Positions 10,404-21,180 are shown, counted from the stretch's first letter. The stretch: DNA of 64,000 bases from Candidatus Obscuribacteraceae bacterium (GCA_044226015.1 JBGAHS010000003.1:224001-288000), one strand, 5' to 3'. Program-made: numbers and translations. The notes: generated from the sequence alone by a model not told the origin.

Positions 10404-10766
10404 TTTGGTATCCTCAACTCAGTAAAAATGGCTCTCAATGTATCCACAGGTACTGTTATGCACGCTACAGATCGTCACGTGAAAACAACGTGAGCAGTGC
10501 CTAAAATCCTGCTAACGAATGTCCTCACAAAGAGAACGTCGACAGAAAAGTAGAAGAGACAACACAAAAGAACACTAGAGGATGCTGTGCTCCAGAGCGA
10601 AAAGCAGCCAGGATGGCTACACTTCCAGAGGACAACACAACAGAACAAGACCAATGAAAGAGAAGCAAAAGAAGCTGCCAGTCCAGCCTTTAGCAGACAT
10701 TCGCTGGAACCTTTTTTTGAAAATTGAATCCTAGACACAAGAAATTTGAATTGTGGAGGAATTGAA

Positions 10767-11015
10767 ATGAAAAAGCATTTGGCTCTATTGGCATTAGGAG
10801 CTTGTTTAGTTCAATTCGCCTCAGCTGCACCGGTAAGAGCCGACGATGACGACTGGAAAGATTACCGCCATCACAGGCATGAAGCACGTGAACAGATGAG
10901 AAAAGCGAATAGAGCAGCGTTTTACGGAAACTATTGGAAGGCTCGCGAGCACGAGCGCAAAGCCTATAGACAACAACGCAAAGCGCTGCATAACTACTAC
11001 GACATTGATGATTAA
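10767..11015 (+). CDS. Small secreted Arg/His-rich protein
   Basis: GGAGG RBS, MKKHLALL...VRA signal peptide, charged helical body. Confidence 0.65.
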   Translation: MKKHLALLALGACLVQFASAAPVRADDDDWKDYRHHRHEAREQMRKANRAAFYGNYWKAREHERKAYRQQRKALHNYYDIDD

Positions 11016-11042
11016 TAACAAGAATTGCAAAAGGAAAGCGAC

Positions 11043-12611
11043 TTAAATAGCGCTTTCCTTTTGCGCTTCGCTAATGTCTTTCGGCAGTTTGAACCAGAAG
11101 GTGCTGCCCTTACCATCTTCACTGCTGACACCGATGCTGCCACCAAGCTGCTCAATTATCATCTTACAAATCGGAAGACCCAACCCTGTTCCTCCTTTTT
11201 TGGTTCCGTCTTCCGTTTTGACTTGTTTGTATTTTTCGAAAATGGCATCTCTATATGCCGCAGGAACGCCACGCCCCTGGTCAATTACCTGTAATTCAAC
11301 TATTTCATCAGTCTCAATCGTTTTGATTTTTACAACGCCACCTTTGGGCGAGAACTTGACTGCATTGGATGCGAGATTGATAACTACCTGCACAAGACGA
11401 TCTTGATCTGCAAAAACCTCTGCGTTAGTTTCATCAAATTCCAGCTCTACACCCGCTGTTTTTGCGAACTCTTCAATTGCCGCAATCGATTGCTCTATTA
11501 CCGTTTCCAGATAAATAACTTTGCAGGTCATCTGCATTTTTCCGGCTTCCATTTTCTCAAGAGTCAATAAATCATTGATCAAACGAATAAGCCGAGAAAC
11601 ATTTCGTGCAGTTTTGTCTGTTTCTTTAATTACAAGTGGAGGCACTTCTCCTAAAACCCCTTCGGAAACGAGTTCTAGATAGGCCATAACATTAGTAAGC
11701 GGAGTACGCAAATCATGACTTATCATTGCAACAAATGTTTGACGCATGCGCTGAGCTTCAAGTACAGTGTCAGCCATATCGTGAAAAGAACCATCCAACA
11801 TGGTGATTTCATTCTTTCCACCGCCAAGCAGCGGATTCAATTCCTGACCTGTTTTGAACCTGTTCATGTTATCAACCATGACACCAAGTCGCGCCACAAT
11901 CGCTTTCGTAAAGTACTTCGACAAAATGAAAGCAACAACAACATTCGCCACTAATGCAAGAATGAGAATTGTTCGAATCAAGCGTCGCATGCGTTGCTGT
12001 TCTGTAGAACTCTGCGAAACAATCTTGTCCTCTTTGCTCGTCAGTTGAGAAAGCGACATTAGCATGTGATTCCAGTCTGTTTGAAAACTCTGCTTTTTCG
12101 CATTGAAAATATCGATAGAGTCCTGGATGCTTGCAGTATCCTTCACCATATCAACCGCTTCTGTTATAACCTGCAGCCCCTTGTAGAAGCCCTCATGAAT
12201 GCCTTCATAGGCTTCCGCGCAATCTTTATGCGGAGCCAATTCCTTTTTCAACCACTTAAGCGTATCGCTTGCAGTAGTCGAACGCTCTATGTACAAATCA
12301 TAGAATTTTTGGTCATGCGTAAGCGCAAACTTCGTGGCTGCTTGCAGCGATTGGTAAACCAAATACTCAAGCCTTGTTGTTTTCTGAACGATCTGCTTGT
12401 AGTGCTTCTCGCGTTCAGCCTCTTTCTCAGTCAGATCTAATTGCCAGTAAAGTATGCCGACAAAGAGAATTTCCATCAGCAACAAGCCGCCGACAATAAC
12501 ATTTAGTTGGCGGGAGATGCTAGCAGAACCAAATAACTCTCGTGCTTTAAGGAGTTTCAAGGATGTAGCCCACACCATGGACGGTGCGCAGCAGATTTCC
12601 GTCCGGATCAA
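11043..12611 (-). CDS. Membrane sensor histidine kinase (true start probably downstream of 12611)
   Basis: 2 TM, HAMP-like linker, SHDLRTPL H-box, NAVKFS, DQGRG, GTGLGL. Confidence 0.95.
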   Translation of the reverse strand: MIRTEICCAPSMVWATSLKLLKARELFGSASISRQLNVIVGGLLLMEILFVGILYWQLDLTEKEAEREKHYKQIVQKTTRLEYLVYQSLQAATKFALTHDQKFYDLYIERSTTASDTLKWLKKELAPHKDCAEAYEGIHEGFYKGLQVITEAVDMVKDTASIQDSIDIFNAKKQSFQTDWNHMLMSLSQLTSKEDKIVSQSSTEQQRMRRLIRTILILALVANVVVAFILSKYFTKAIVARLGVMVDNMNRFKTGQELNPLLGGGKNEITMLDGSFHDMADTVLEAQRMRQTFVAMISHDLRTPLTNVMAYLELVSEGVLGEVPPLVIKETDKTARNVSRLIRLINDLLTLEKMEAGKMQMTCKVIYLETVIEQSIAAIEEFAKTAGVELEFDETNAEVFADQDRLVQVVINLASNAVKFSPKGGVVKIKTIETDEIVELQVIDQGRGVPAAYRDAIFEKYKQVKTEDGTKKGGTGLGLPICKMIIEQLGGSIGVSSEDGKGSTFWFKLPKDISEAQKESAI

Positions 12612-13218
12612 CCTTTTTGCGCAATCTCTTCAACGCTGTTCGAAGTGCTTCTGTAGTGGCTTCAGAATCCGATGGCCAAACGCGGTTTAATAGCGCTTCT
12701 GCGCTAAAAACCTGGTTCGGATGCCGCATAAAAAATTCAAGCAGCTGGAACTCTTTTGGAACCAGCGTCATCGCCTCACCATTCACTGTCACACGATATT
12801 TCTGAGTGTCTATGGTGATGTTGCCAGCTTCCAGCAAGTTGCTGTTGCTGATTGCTGCGGGACGTCGCAACAGCGCGCGCACGCGAGCGCCAAGTTCTTT
12901 CATCTGAAATGGCTTTGTCAAATAATCGTCAGCACCAGTGTCAAGTCCACGCATTTTCTCATCGACATCGTCGTGACCTGTAAGCATCAAAACTGGCGTC
13001 TTACCACCCAGTTCTCTGAAGCGGCGCAAAATATCAATACCTTCCATTCTCGGAAGGTTCCAATCCAACAAAATCAAATCATATTGAAAACTACGCAGAT
13101 GATCGCTGGCCGTCAGTCCATCGTTGATATGCTCGACAGTGTGATGTTCAAACATCAAAAACGTGCGCACTGAATTAGCAAGGTCTTCATTATCTTCAAT
13201 GATGAGGATTTTCGCCAT
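12547..13218 (-). CDS. OmpR/PhoB-family response regulator
   Basis: Receiver domain (ILIIED, LDWNLP, KPF) and full winged helix ending TVHGVGY. Confidence 0.95.
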   Translation of the reverse strand: MAKILIIEDNEDLANSVRTFLMFEHHTVEHINDGLTASDHLRSFQYDLILLDWNLPRMEGIDILRRFRELGGKTPVLMLTGHDDVDEKMRGLDTGADDYLTKPFQMKELGARVRALLRRPAAISNSNLLEAGNITIDTQKYRVTVNGEAMTLVPKEFQLLEFFMRHPNQVFSAEALLNRVWPSDSEATTEALRTALKRLRKKVDPDGNLLRTVHGVGYILETP

Positions 13219-13253
13219 GTCGTCTCCGCCGGTTCAACGCCTCTGAATATACA

Positions 13254-15428
13254 TCATTTGCCTCGTTTTTGAATCAAGGCCTGCAACTGAAGCTTAATGT
13301 CATAGTCAGCTGGTTCCATTTGAGAAGCCGTCATCATTTCCGCTATTGCGCCATTCAAGTCACCAGCATCACTCAATGCATTGCCAAGCGAGACATGCAA
13401 TTTGGAGGAACCAGGGTTCAGTTTCTGAGCCAATCGATATTGCGTCACAGCTGACTGCGCATCACCCTTTTTCTCATAGATTCCAGCAAGAACACAGTGA
13501 GCATCAGCATCATTTGGCGCCAGTGACACAGCTTTTCCTGCCTCTGCAAGCGCATCATTTAGCTTCTTGTTGTTAGCCAGAGCCCATGCCATACCTGAGT
13601 GGGCAGCAGAGTTTCTCGGGTCTAACTGAATTGCGTTGGTGAACTCAACAATGGCTTCGTTCCACATTTTTTGATCGCCTAGAGCGCGAGCATATCTTTC
13701 GTGAGCGGTGGCGTCATTTGGCTCTTTCTCAAGAACAGTTTTGAACTCATCGAGAGCCGCTTTAGGTTGCCCCAGAGCCTTGAAGCACTCAGCAAGTACT
13801 ATGTGCGCTGCAACGAGACTCTCATCTATTTTCATCGCCTTACGACATTCAAACATAGCCGGACGGTACCAACCGCGCATTCGGTAGCACTCACCCAAAT
13901 ACACATGCGCAAGTGCATTGCGCTTGTTGAGACGAATTGCATGTTTGTACGATTGGAAAGCCAGGTCATGCTTGCTCATAAGTCGATAGCATTCGCCTTC
14001 CATGAAATATGCATCGCTGTGGCGAGGACGTAATTCAATTATCTTCTGGAACTCCTTCAGAGCCTCCTGATAGTCGGACATTGAGAGAAGAACTTTGCCG
14101 AGCATATAGCGAGCCTTAATGCTCTCGTCGTCGATTTGTACAACACGCCCAAACTCGATCATCGCATTAGTGTAGTCGCGCTTTTCGTAGAAGGCATCGC
14201 CAGCTTTCATGTGCTGGTCAGCTTCTTGAGCCTGCTCAGCAGATAGCGCCTTCTTACTCTCTTCATGAGATTGGTCGCCACCTTCTTCCTGATTGTCCTC
14301 TTCGGACATTTTCAGAGCGTGCTCTTCATCTTGGGGTTCAGTATCATTCATAGGAATGATATCAACTTTGCCAGCAGGCGCTTTGCCGCTGGTGCTAGCT
14401 TTGGGCTTAGCAGCCGGAACTCGCAACCATGGAGGTCTGAATGTTGGTAATTTCGGAGCTACTGGCTTCTTCGTGGCAGCGGCTGGCTTCTCTGAAGATG
14501 CGCTAGACTTCGCACTGGCGGAACTGTTTTTAGAGGCAGCAGATTTCACTGTGCTGGTGCCAGATTTTTCATGCATCTCGCCGGGCGCTGACTTCTCGCC
14601 TGAGAGCGTTTCTTTCTCAACTTGCACGGCTTTCTCGCCCGAGAGCGCCGGCATCTTGCCGGCTCCGGTGCCAAGCTCCTCTCCTGCCCTAGAACCAGCT
14701 TTTACAGGTTCTACCTTGCCTGAACTGCCAGAGCCATGGCTGGGCGACGACACCGCATGTGGTGCCGAATGCTTAACAACTGGTGCAGCTTTCTTTGGGG
14801 CAGAACCAGCCCAAATAATATCGTCACCAGAATCATTAGCTTCCTGAATAGCGGCTGACTTAGATAATTTCGAAGCCGTAGGCTTCGCAGCTTTAGCTGG
14901 TTTTATCTCAGTAAACACGACTTCGTCCACAGCATCACCGTTAGACGGCTTCACTGGCTCAGCCGTTTTCTCAGCTTTTGAGTTCTTAGCACCTTTGGCG
15001 AGCGGAAACTTCCCTGAGACTTTTGATGGTGGATTCATACCGTTGTTTTTGGATGATTCAACTGTATTAGTTTTTACTGACTCTGGCTGAGCGGGAGGCG
15101 TATCTGACTGGGAAGTCAGCTGGGTATCGCCAGCACCAACGGATGCACCACTCGGCGCTTCGCTGCTTTTTTCGACGGGATCCATATCAGAAACTTCTCT
15201 GGTTTCGTCTTTGCTCTTATCGCTAGCAGCAGATTTGTCTTTCGATTTTGCATCAGCATCTTTCTTGCTTCCATGCATCACCATTGCAAGACGAGCTTTG
15301 GCTCGGTCTCTCAGACTGGCAAGCCCTTCAGCTTTCACAGTGCCGCAATTGGCTAACGCCACACTTAATAGCAAGCTTGTTGCTAGCAGAATTCTGTTTT
15401 GATTACTTTTTTGAGCTTCAAATTTCAT
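13254..15428 (-). CDS. Exported TPR-repeat protein with long disordered N-terminal region
   Basis: Signal peptide, S/K/A/P-rich linker, about 9 TPR repeats in the C-terminal half. Confidence 0.85.
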   Translation of the reverse strand: MKFEAQKSNQNRILLATSLLLSVALANCGTVKAEGLASLRDRAKARLAMVMHGSKKDADAKSKDKSAASDKSKDETREVSDMDPVEKSSEAPSGASVGAGDTQLTSQSDTPPAQPESVKTNTVESSKNNGMNPPSKVSGKFPLAKGAKNSKAEKTAEPVKPSNGDAVDEVVFTEIKPAKAAKPTASKLSKSAAIQEANDSGDDIIWAGSAPKKAAPVVKHSAPHAVSSPSHGSGSSGKVEPVKAGSRAGEELGTGAGKMPALSGEKAVQVEKETLSGEKSAPGEMHEKSGTSTVKSAASKNSSASAKSSASSEKPAAATKKPVAPKLPTFRPPWLRVPAAKPKASTSGKAPAGKVDIIPMNDTEPQDEEHALKMSEEDNQEEGGDQSHEESKKALSAEQAQEADQHMKAGDAFYEKRDYTNAMIEFGRVVQIDDESIKARYMLGKVLLSMSDYQEALKEFQKIIELRPRHSDAYFMEGECYRLMSKHDLAFQSYKHAIRLNKRNALAHVYLGECYRMRGWYRPAMFECRKAMKIDESLVAAHIVLAECFKALGQPKAALDEFKTVLEKEPNDATAHERYARALGDQKMWNEAIVEFTNAIQLDPRNSAAHSGMAWALANNKKLNDALAEAGKAVSLAPNDADAHCVLAGIYEKKGDAQSAVTQYRLAQKLNPGSSKLHVSLGNALSDAGDLNGAIAEMMTASQMEPADYDIKLQLQALIQKRGK

Positions 15429-15429
15429 C

Positions 15430-16362
15430 TCAATTTCCCACCTGCAACCTATCAACCATTTCCAAACTGCTTATTCGGTTTATTCTAAAGGTTCTCTCGT
15501 TTCCCGCAGCATGACAGTATGCTCGTAAATAATATCGCCTTCTGGAGTAAAGCACCGACAGTGGTGTCACTTGCCGAAATTTCACTCCGTGCCCTCTGTA
15601 ATGAATGAAGAGGTCAGAACCAGAAGTGATTGACTCACCTATTCTCTGAACTTTTGAATTGCTGCTTGTGGCAAAATCTACTATCTCTTCAAACGGCTTA
15701 CTGAAGAAGGTTACTCCAGCAAGTTCGACAAGTTCGCCCAATGTGCAGTTGTCACCAAGCATGCGAAGCATTTCAACAAACACCTTCATCGCGTGAATGC
15801 TGTCTGCTTCTGCGCGGTGAAACACAACTTCTTCATCGCTATGCCCGAGGTGTTCAACAAGCGTTTTCAATCTGTGATTTTCGGTTTTATCAAACAACTG
15901 TCGCGCAAGCATCAGCGTGTCGAGCACCGGATTATCAGGCAAACTGCGACCGCAGCGCGTCAAAGCTACCTGCAAAAAACCTACATCGAAGATGGCGTTA
16001 TGCGCGACGAAAATATTCGGCAGCCCCGCATCGCTCAATTGCATCCATTCTACGAAGCCCGGAATAATCTCGCGAGCCGGAAGCTTTTGCGCAACCATTT
16101 CATCGTTAATGCCATGAACAGCAATTACTTCTTCAGGAATCTGTCGCTCGGGGTTGATTAGCTCGGTTCGAATGTCGAGAATCTCACCTTTGCTGTTGAA
16201 TTTAACAGCAGAAATCTCCAAAATTCCCGAAATAATTGGATGCCGACCGGTAGCCTCAGTGTCAAAAGCCACGAAAACGAGTTCAGACACCCGCTTAGAC
16301 AGCAGTCTGTCGTGAAGAGAAGTAGCTAAATTCGAATTTTCGAGAAGCTCTTGCATTGGCAA
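15430..16362 (-). CDS. DEDDh 3'-5' exonuclease (DnaQ-like) fused to a WYL domain
   Basis: FDTEATG, AHNAIFD, DTL, HRAEAD; C-terminal YLRAYC..ERTFRINRI WYL signature. Confidence 0.9.
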   Translation of the reverse strand: MPMQELLENSNLATSLHDRLLSKRVSELVFVAFDTEATGRHPIISGILEISAVKFNSKGEILDIRTELINPERQIPEEVIAVHGINDEMVAQKLPAREIIPGFVEWMQLSDAGLPNIFVAHNAIFDVGFLQVALTRCGRSLPDNPVLDTLMLARQLFDKTENHRLKTLVEHLGHSDEEVVFHRAEADSIHAMKVFVEMLRMLGDNCTLGELVELAGVTFFSKPFEEIVDFATSSNSKVQRIGESITSGSDLFIHYRGHGVKFRQVTPLSVLYSRRRYYLRAYCHAAGNERTFRINRISSLEMVDRLQVGN

Positions 16363-16529
16363 CCCGGATTCCTGAACAAGGTTATCATTACTTGATTTTG
16401 CTTCCTTGTCATTAGAGTGGGGTCAGATTTATTTGTCAGCATTTAATCTTGCAAAAAGAGGGTAGAATTTAGCTCGTCATCTCTAAAGCTTCTAATTCCC
16501 AACCATCACCTTAATTTCGAGCATTAAGC

Positions 16530-17291
16530 ATGAAAAAGATAGTCCCTTTACTACTAACACTCTTCTGCTCTTCACAGCTGGCTACTTATGGCTTCAGCAG
16601 CCAGGATGCCACCGGCGGAAATATCCACGAGCAGATTACAAGAGAGGCTCTCAAGGGGATAGTTTCTGAAGCTAATTTAAGGGTCATCTTGAACGCTAAC
16701 TCAGCCCAGGACGCCACGGGGTCAGAGGGTCTCGCCGAGCTGCGCCGACACTTCGGTGACGAAAAATTCGCTTCATCGCTAGGTTATGTAGACAGAGAGA
16801 AAAAACGGGCATTGAATTATGCATCAGAGTCTGACACTGACCCAGAACAGCGCGGCCGTGCCCTGGTTCATATCGGCGAGATGCTGCATTGCGTGCAAGA
16901 TTTTTATAGCAGAACAAACTATCTGGAACTGATGCTCACAAATCCGAATTACAAAAATGACCCCTATTCCATACCACTGGTCGATTGGCAGAAGGTGCCA
17001 GACGGCTACCCCGGGCTAATAAACTTCAACACAAAAGCGGGAAACATCAATGACTCAGCCAAGGTCGTAAAAGATTCTGCGAATATGGAACAAAGCAAAA
17101 AAGTCACGGAAGGCAAAATCACTTATTTCAATGTGGCTAAAGACCTGGCTGTACGCGAGACGCAAAGACAATGGAACAGTTTTGAAACAATGGTGCGCAA
17201 CCGCTGTGGAGAGCGAGCAGCGGCAGTGATAGCCGCATTGAAAGCGGCAAGTCCAGAAATCAGCAAATCCACAAAAGATGACGCCAATTAA
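16530..17291 (+). CDS. Exported HET-C/VWA7-like (Zn phospholipase C/P1 nuclease fold) protein
   Basis: Signal peptide; HEQIT, RHF, LHCVQDFYSRTNY. Confidence 0.6.
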   Translation: MKKIVPLLLTLFCSSQLATYGFSSQDATGGNIHEQITREALKGIVSEANLRVILNANSAQDATGSEGLAELRRHFGDEKFASSLGYVDREKKRALNYASESDTDPEQRGRALVHIGEMLHCVQDFYSRTNYLELMLTNPNYKNDPYSIPLVDWQKVPDGYPGLINFNTKAGNINDSAKVVKDSANMEQSKKVTEGKITYFNVAKDLAVRETQRQWNSFETMVRNRCGERAAAVIAALKAASPEISKSTKDDAN

Positions 17292-17294
17292 AAC

Positions 17295-18143
17295 TTAGGT
17301 CCAGTGCCTGCCACAATCGGGACAGTCACTGCGTCCTACGAGTTCAGTAATGTCATCGAATTCACTGCGCAAAACATCGAAACGCAAAAGGTGGTTTCCC
17401 GAGATTGTTCCAAGTTGAGTAATCAATTTGACCACCTCTGCAGCCTGGAAAGACCCTGCCAAATTGGCTACAGCACCAAGAATTCCGTAATTGAATCCAT
17501 TGGGTGGGAAGTCCTCTAAACCCAGCCTGGCAAAAACACAACGCAAACACGCTGAGCGCCCGGGAATCATGCTAAACACATGGAAGCTAAACATCATCAG
17601 CCCCGAGTGAATGAGAGGACGATTAGTATGCATGCAGCAATCTGAAGCAAGCAGCTTGTCTTGCCAGTTGTCTAGCGCCTCAACAACTACATCGGCCTCA
17701 GAAAGATGTTTGTCGGCATTGTGAGCATCAAAACTATAAAAACAATTCCGCACCTGCACATCAGGGTTCAGCTTTTGAAGCCTGCGTTTCAACACATCAA
17801 CCTTCGGCAGATTCAAATCGCTTTCATCAAAGAGTCCATGAGTACTCAAGTCACTGCCATCAACTACGGTTCCATCAATAACAGTTAATTTTCCGATGCC
17901 CGATTGTGCCAGATTCTTTGCGCAGTTTGTACCAACAGCGTTCAAACCCAGAATCACAACATGCGCTTCAAACAGTTTTTGCTGACGCTGTTCGGTCATT
18001 CCAGGTAAAGCTAATTGTGCTTTGTACCTTTGATTTTGCTCTCGGCTCAGTGACGACAAATGTTCCACTCTTACTCTTTTGGCAGTTGAATTTGGCTTTT
18101 CTAAACGCTCAATATCATACTGCACAATACAAGTAATCAGCAC
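17295..18143 (-). CDS. ThiF/MoeB-family adenylyltransferase
   Basis: QQKL..A.VVILGL..VG, SDL..H, DN, CLRC and CPDCG Zn pairs. Confidence 0.9.
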   Translation of the reverse strand: MLITCIVQYDIERLEKPNSTAKRVRVEHLSSLSREQNQRYKAQLALPGMTEQRQQKLFEAHVVILGLNAVGTNCAKNLAQSGIGKLTVIDGTVVDGSDLSTHGLFDESDLNLPKVDVLKRRLQKLNPDVQVRNCFYSFDAHNADKHLSEADVVVEALDNWQDKLLASDCCMHTNRPLIHSGLMMFSFHVFSMIPGRSACLRCVFARLGLEDFPPNGFNYGILGAVANLAGSFQAAEVVKLITQLGTISGNHLLRFDVLRSEFDDITELVGRSDCPDCGRHWT

Positions 18144-18146
18144 TTT

Positions 18147-18449
18147 CTATTCAAAGAAATCCGGTATCCTGCTAAGGCGCTCTTTAACATCCTGGTTGTG
18201 TTGGCTTTTGTTACGATAATAACAGGGGCACTTATCCTTGCAGCCACAGGTGCATTGACATTCGCCGGGTCCGCAGTAGCAGCTGCAGGTTCTCAGAAAA
18301 GCACTCTGCAAAATGGGCCAACAGAGACCCGCGCTAAGCAGAAGAGCTAATCCAATACCTAAAAGAGGGTCAATGATCAATTCCCTGTCTCCGCAAAACC
18401 GTTTTGGCAAAACGAAATCATTCTTCTTGTCGCTTCTTCGGGTGTCCAC
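18147..18449 (-). CDS. Small membrane-anchored Cys-rich (metallothionein-like) protein; start uncertain
   Basis: Hydrophobic segment then CSCYCGPGECQCTCGCKDKCPC; between tetR-like and moeB-like genes on the same strand. Confidence 0.45.
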   Translation of the reverse strand: MDTRRSDKKNDFVLPKRFCGDRELIIDPLLGIGLALLLSAGLCWPILQSAFLRTCSCYCGPGECQCTCGCKDKCPCYYRNKSQHNQDVKERLSRIPDFFE

Positions 18450-18997
18450 GCTAGTGGGTCAGCATATCTCTGACGTATCTGTTCTTGCCTTGTCAGAAAG
18501 CATACTATCAAACTAAGCATGAACTCGAAGTTCCATTGTAAATCAGCTTCGCTTGCATTGGGAAACAATTTGCGAAAAGCACTAATGAACTTCTCTCTAC
18601 AAAGAGCAAAATGGCGATCAACCATGGAGAAAATTGGTTCTGGCTCAGTTTGCATTCGTCCGAGGAAAAGTCCCAAAATCGCCCCAGCATCACCTCTCGA
18701 CTGTACCAATCTGAGAGGAGGAAGATAGAAAGCCTCTAGAACATTTTTGAGCGATGTATCGGAATTCGAGTCCAGAGCCGCTAATTGTGCCGCAACAACA
18801 GGTTGAGCGAAGCGTTCGATGACCACATCGAATAAGTCTTCTTTGCTTCCGTAATGATAAGCAACGGAGGCGACATTAACGCCCGCATCCTTGATTACGC
18901 CTCGCAGTGTTGTGCCTGCAAATCCGTAGGTGGCGAAATGGCGCTCGGCTACGTCCAGAATTGTAGATTTTGTACTGAACCTGCTACGGGATTTCAT
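18377..18997 (-). CDS. TetR/AcrR-family transcriptional regulator
   Basis: ILDVAERHFATYGFAGTTLR..AGVNVASVAYHYGSKEDL HTH. Confidence 0.95.
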   Translation of the reverse strand: MKSRSRFSTKSTILDVAERHFATYGFAGTTLRGVIKDAGVNVASVAYHYGSKEDLFDVVIERFAQPVVAAQLAALDSNSDTSLKNVLEAFYLPPLRLVQSRGDAGAILGLFLGRMQTEPEPIFSMVDRHFALCREKFISAFRKLFPNASEADLQWNFEFMLSLIVCFLTRQEQIRQRYADPLAWTPEEATRRMISFCQNGFAETGN

Positions 18998-19055
18998 TAG
19001 ATTAGTGCTCGAAAACCCCAGTCTAACTTGACCCAGAGAAACGGTCAAGCGTATG

Positions 19056-19075
19056 ATTCAATCATATGATTGAAT
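19056..19075. promoter_or_regulatory. Putative TetR operator
   Basis: Perfect 20-bp palindrome ATTCAATCATATGATTGAAT between divergent tetR-like and STAS genes. Confidence 0.7.
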
Positions 19076-19122
19076 TGACAATGAAGCCACGGCATCAGGC
19101 ATCACAGAATTTGGAGCATCCC

Positions 19123-19500
19123 ATGAATCAACTAGACCAGAGTCAGGGCACAGCCACGGTACAACGATCTGGCTCGGTGGTCAGCGTAATCGTTGAAGGA
19201 GAAATCGACGAAACTTTGACCACCTATGTACAAACCGAGATTGAACGCGAGTTATCTCGAAGCGAAAGCCAATCTTGCATCATGATTGATGGAAGAAAGA
19301 TGTGCGACCCTTCTCTTTCGCTGGTTTTGCTTATGCAATCGTTCCACTACCGCTTGCTTGATCGCATCAAGAAAAGCGCAATAATCGTCAGCGGATATCG
19401 ACTTGCTTTCCTATCGAGACTTGCGTTTGGTCAAGACGAAAAGAAATACAGAGTGTTCTATGATGATCCGGAATCAGCTCTAAAATGGCTGCAAACGTAG
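19123..19500 (+). CDS. STAS/SEC14 (SpoIIAA-like) domain protein
   Basis: IVEGEID, IDGRKM, AIIV, RVF.D..SALKWL; GGAG before ATG 19123 (ORF track starts at 19066). Confidence 0.7.
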   Translation: MNQLDQSQGTATVQRSGSVVSVIVEGEIDETLTTYVQTEIERELSRSESQSCIMIDGRKMCDPSLSLVLLMQSFHYRLLDRIKKSAIIVSGYRLAFLSRLAFGQDEKKYRVFYDDPESALKWLQT

Positions 19501-19554
19501 CCAGTCCAGGAAATAGGTGTTCACTCGTTTATTGGGCTGGCTATTGATTCGGCG

Positions 19555-21027
19555 CTAGTTACCCTTATCGTGGAAAATCGATTCGAATGATTTTTGTGCA
19601 AGTCCACCCATGCTGTTGCTCTTTGTCAAACTGTAATTCGGCAAGTCAACTCTTGTAGGGAACTGGGACGCTGCCGGTGCAGCCGGAGGAGCCTCTGCTG
19701 GCGCCTGACTGGTTTTCACAGGCGCTGCCGGCGCAGGAATTGCATCGCTTTTTGCAGTTACCGACTCTGTTGATTCCCGAGCTGTGCCTGGGTTAACAGA
19801 CTCTGTCGGCGCAGGAATTGCATCGGTTTTGACAGATTCTGTTGGTGCCGGAATAGCGTCGGGTGCCGGTACCGCACCTGTATCTACTTTCACAAGCTTC
19901 GAGCTGTCGCCTGAAACTGATGCAGCTGCATTAGGCTCCACGAGTGTGCGCTGCTGAGCTACAGCATCGCCGTATAAATTGCCAGGAGCTTGAACTACAG
20001 TGCGAGCGTTGTCACCCGCATTATTCTCTAGACTGCGAACTCCCATAACCATGTTTGTCTTTTGCCATGCATCTTCAAGAAAAGCCTTCTTCTGATAGGC
20101 GTCGGTGCCCGTAAAGAACGCGTTTGTACCAACACCTGTGATGCTCAACAACAAGGAACTATCTTTGGTCGCCAATGCTGGCCAAGCATAAGCTGCGCCT
20201 TTCGCAACATTACCTGCCAAGCCGACCATGAATCCTCCGTTGATACCTGCAAAAAGCACGTCACTTGCGGCTCGACCATCAATGGGTTTCTCGCCAGTAA
20301 GATAGTCCAGTGACTTGTAGCCACTTCCAAGAAGAAAACCATTTCCATAATTGCTGATCGTTGTGCCCTCAGCAGCCTTTATCCACTGGGCTCCACTATT
20401 CATCAGAACGAATGCACCAGCGTTTCTGACATAACCGCTAAAGTCAGTCATTTCTCTTCCAGCAAGAACATTATTCAAGGCTCCACCTGCAACGTAAGCA
20501 GCAGCCAATCCTGCTCCCACTAAGCCGGCGTGTTCTGTCAAAGCAACAACTCCTTTAGCTATCCCATAAGTTGTAGCTACGCTTGCCGCGTCAGAATATG
20601 ATTTCCTAAAATCGTAATCCCACTGATTCAAGGTCCTGCCTTTTCCTGCCTTTGCCTCTTCTAAGTCAGCCAGCTGCGCGGCGCCGAGTTCTCCAACCAA
20701 GCGCGATTCGTCCATACGAACTACACCGGCCCATGTTCTATCATCGATATTCTCCTTAGCCGTCTCAGAGTAAATGAAAGACTTAGCTTTTCTCTCGGCA
20801 GGAGAATCATTTGCAAAAGAGCCAGCAACTTCTGGCAGATCAGTGAACGTTAGTGTTCTGGCGTTTTTCTCAGCTGCAAAAACTTTGTTGAGTGATACAT
20901 CTCCATGAACTCCGTTGCTGTAGAGCTCGTCCATTACATGACGATTAAAGCGCCGGTCCTTATCTTCGTATAGGCTCTCGGCTTTCTCTTTTGGCGACTC
21001 TTGTTCCGATGCTTTATTCTCTACCAT
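19555..21027 (-). CDS. Effector-like hypothetical protein with Gly/Ala-rich hydrophobic core and Pro/Ala-rich C-terminal repeats
   Basis: No signal peptide; charged N-terminus; several G/A-rich hydrophobic stretches; DAIPAP x3; directly downstream of pilin copy 1. Confidence 0.6.
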   Translation of the reverse strand: MVENKASEQESPKEKAESLYEDKDRRFNRHVMDELYSNGVHGDVSLNKVFAAEKNARTLTFTDLPEVAGSFANDSPAERKAKSFIYSETAKENIDDRTWAGVVRMDESRLVGELGAAQLADLEEAKAGKGRTLNQWDYDFRKSYSDAASVATTYGIAKGVVALTEHAGLVGAGLAAAYVAGGALNNVLAGREMTDFSGYVRNAGAFVLMNSGAQWIKAAEGTTISNYGNGFLLGSGYKSLDYLTGEKPIDGRAASDVLFAGINGGFMVGLAGNVAKGAAYAWPALATKDSSLLLSITGVGTNAFFTGTDAYQKKAFLEDAWQKTNMVMGVRSLENNAGDNARTVVQAPGNLYGDAVAQQRTLVEPNAAASVSGDSSKLVKVDTGAVPAPDAIPAPTESVKTDAIPAPTESVNPGTARESTESVTAKSDAIPAPAAPVKTSQAPAEAPPAAPAASQFPTRVDLPNYSLTKSNSMGGLAQKSFESIFHDKGN

Positions 21028-21180
21028 GATTTCAAAGTCCTATTGATGATGCCAACCATGCATCGAATTTACTAAGCATCCCGTGAATTCCCAGTGAAAA
21101 CATATATGAACAGACATGCACTCATATCTTTCAATGAGCGTGCTGAATTGAATATTCGGGTTCTCCAAAAAGCATTTAAA

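Noticed and set aside
15430..16362. Exonuclease-WYL fusion as a new defence system
   Set aside because: Known architecture, with no defence-associated neighbours here
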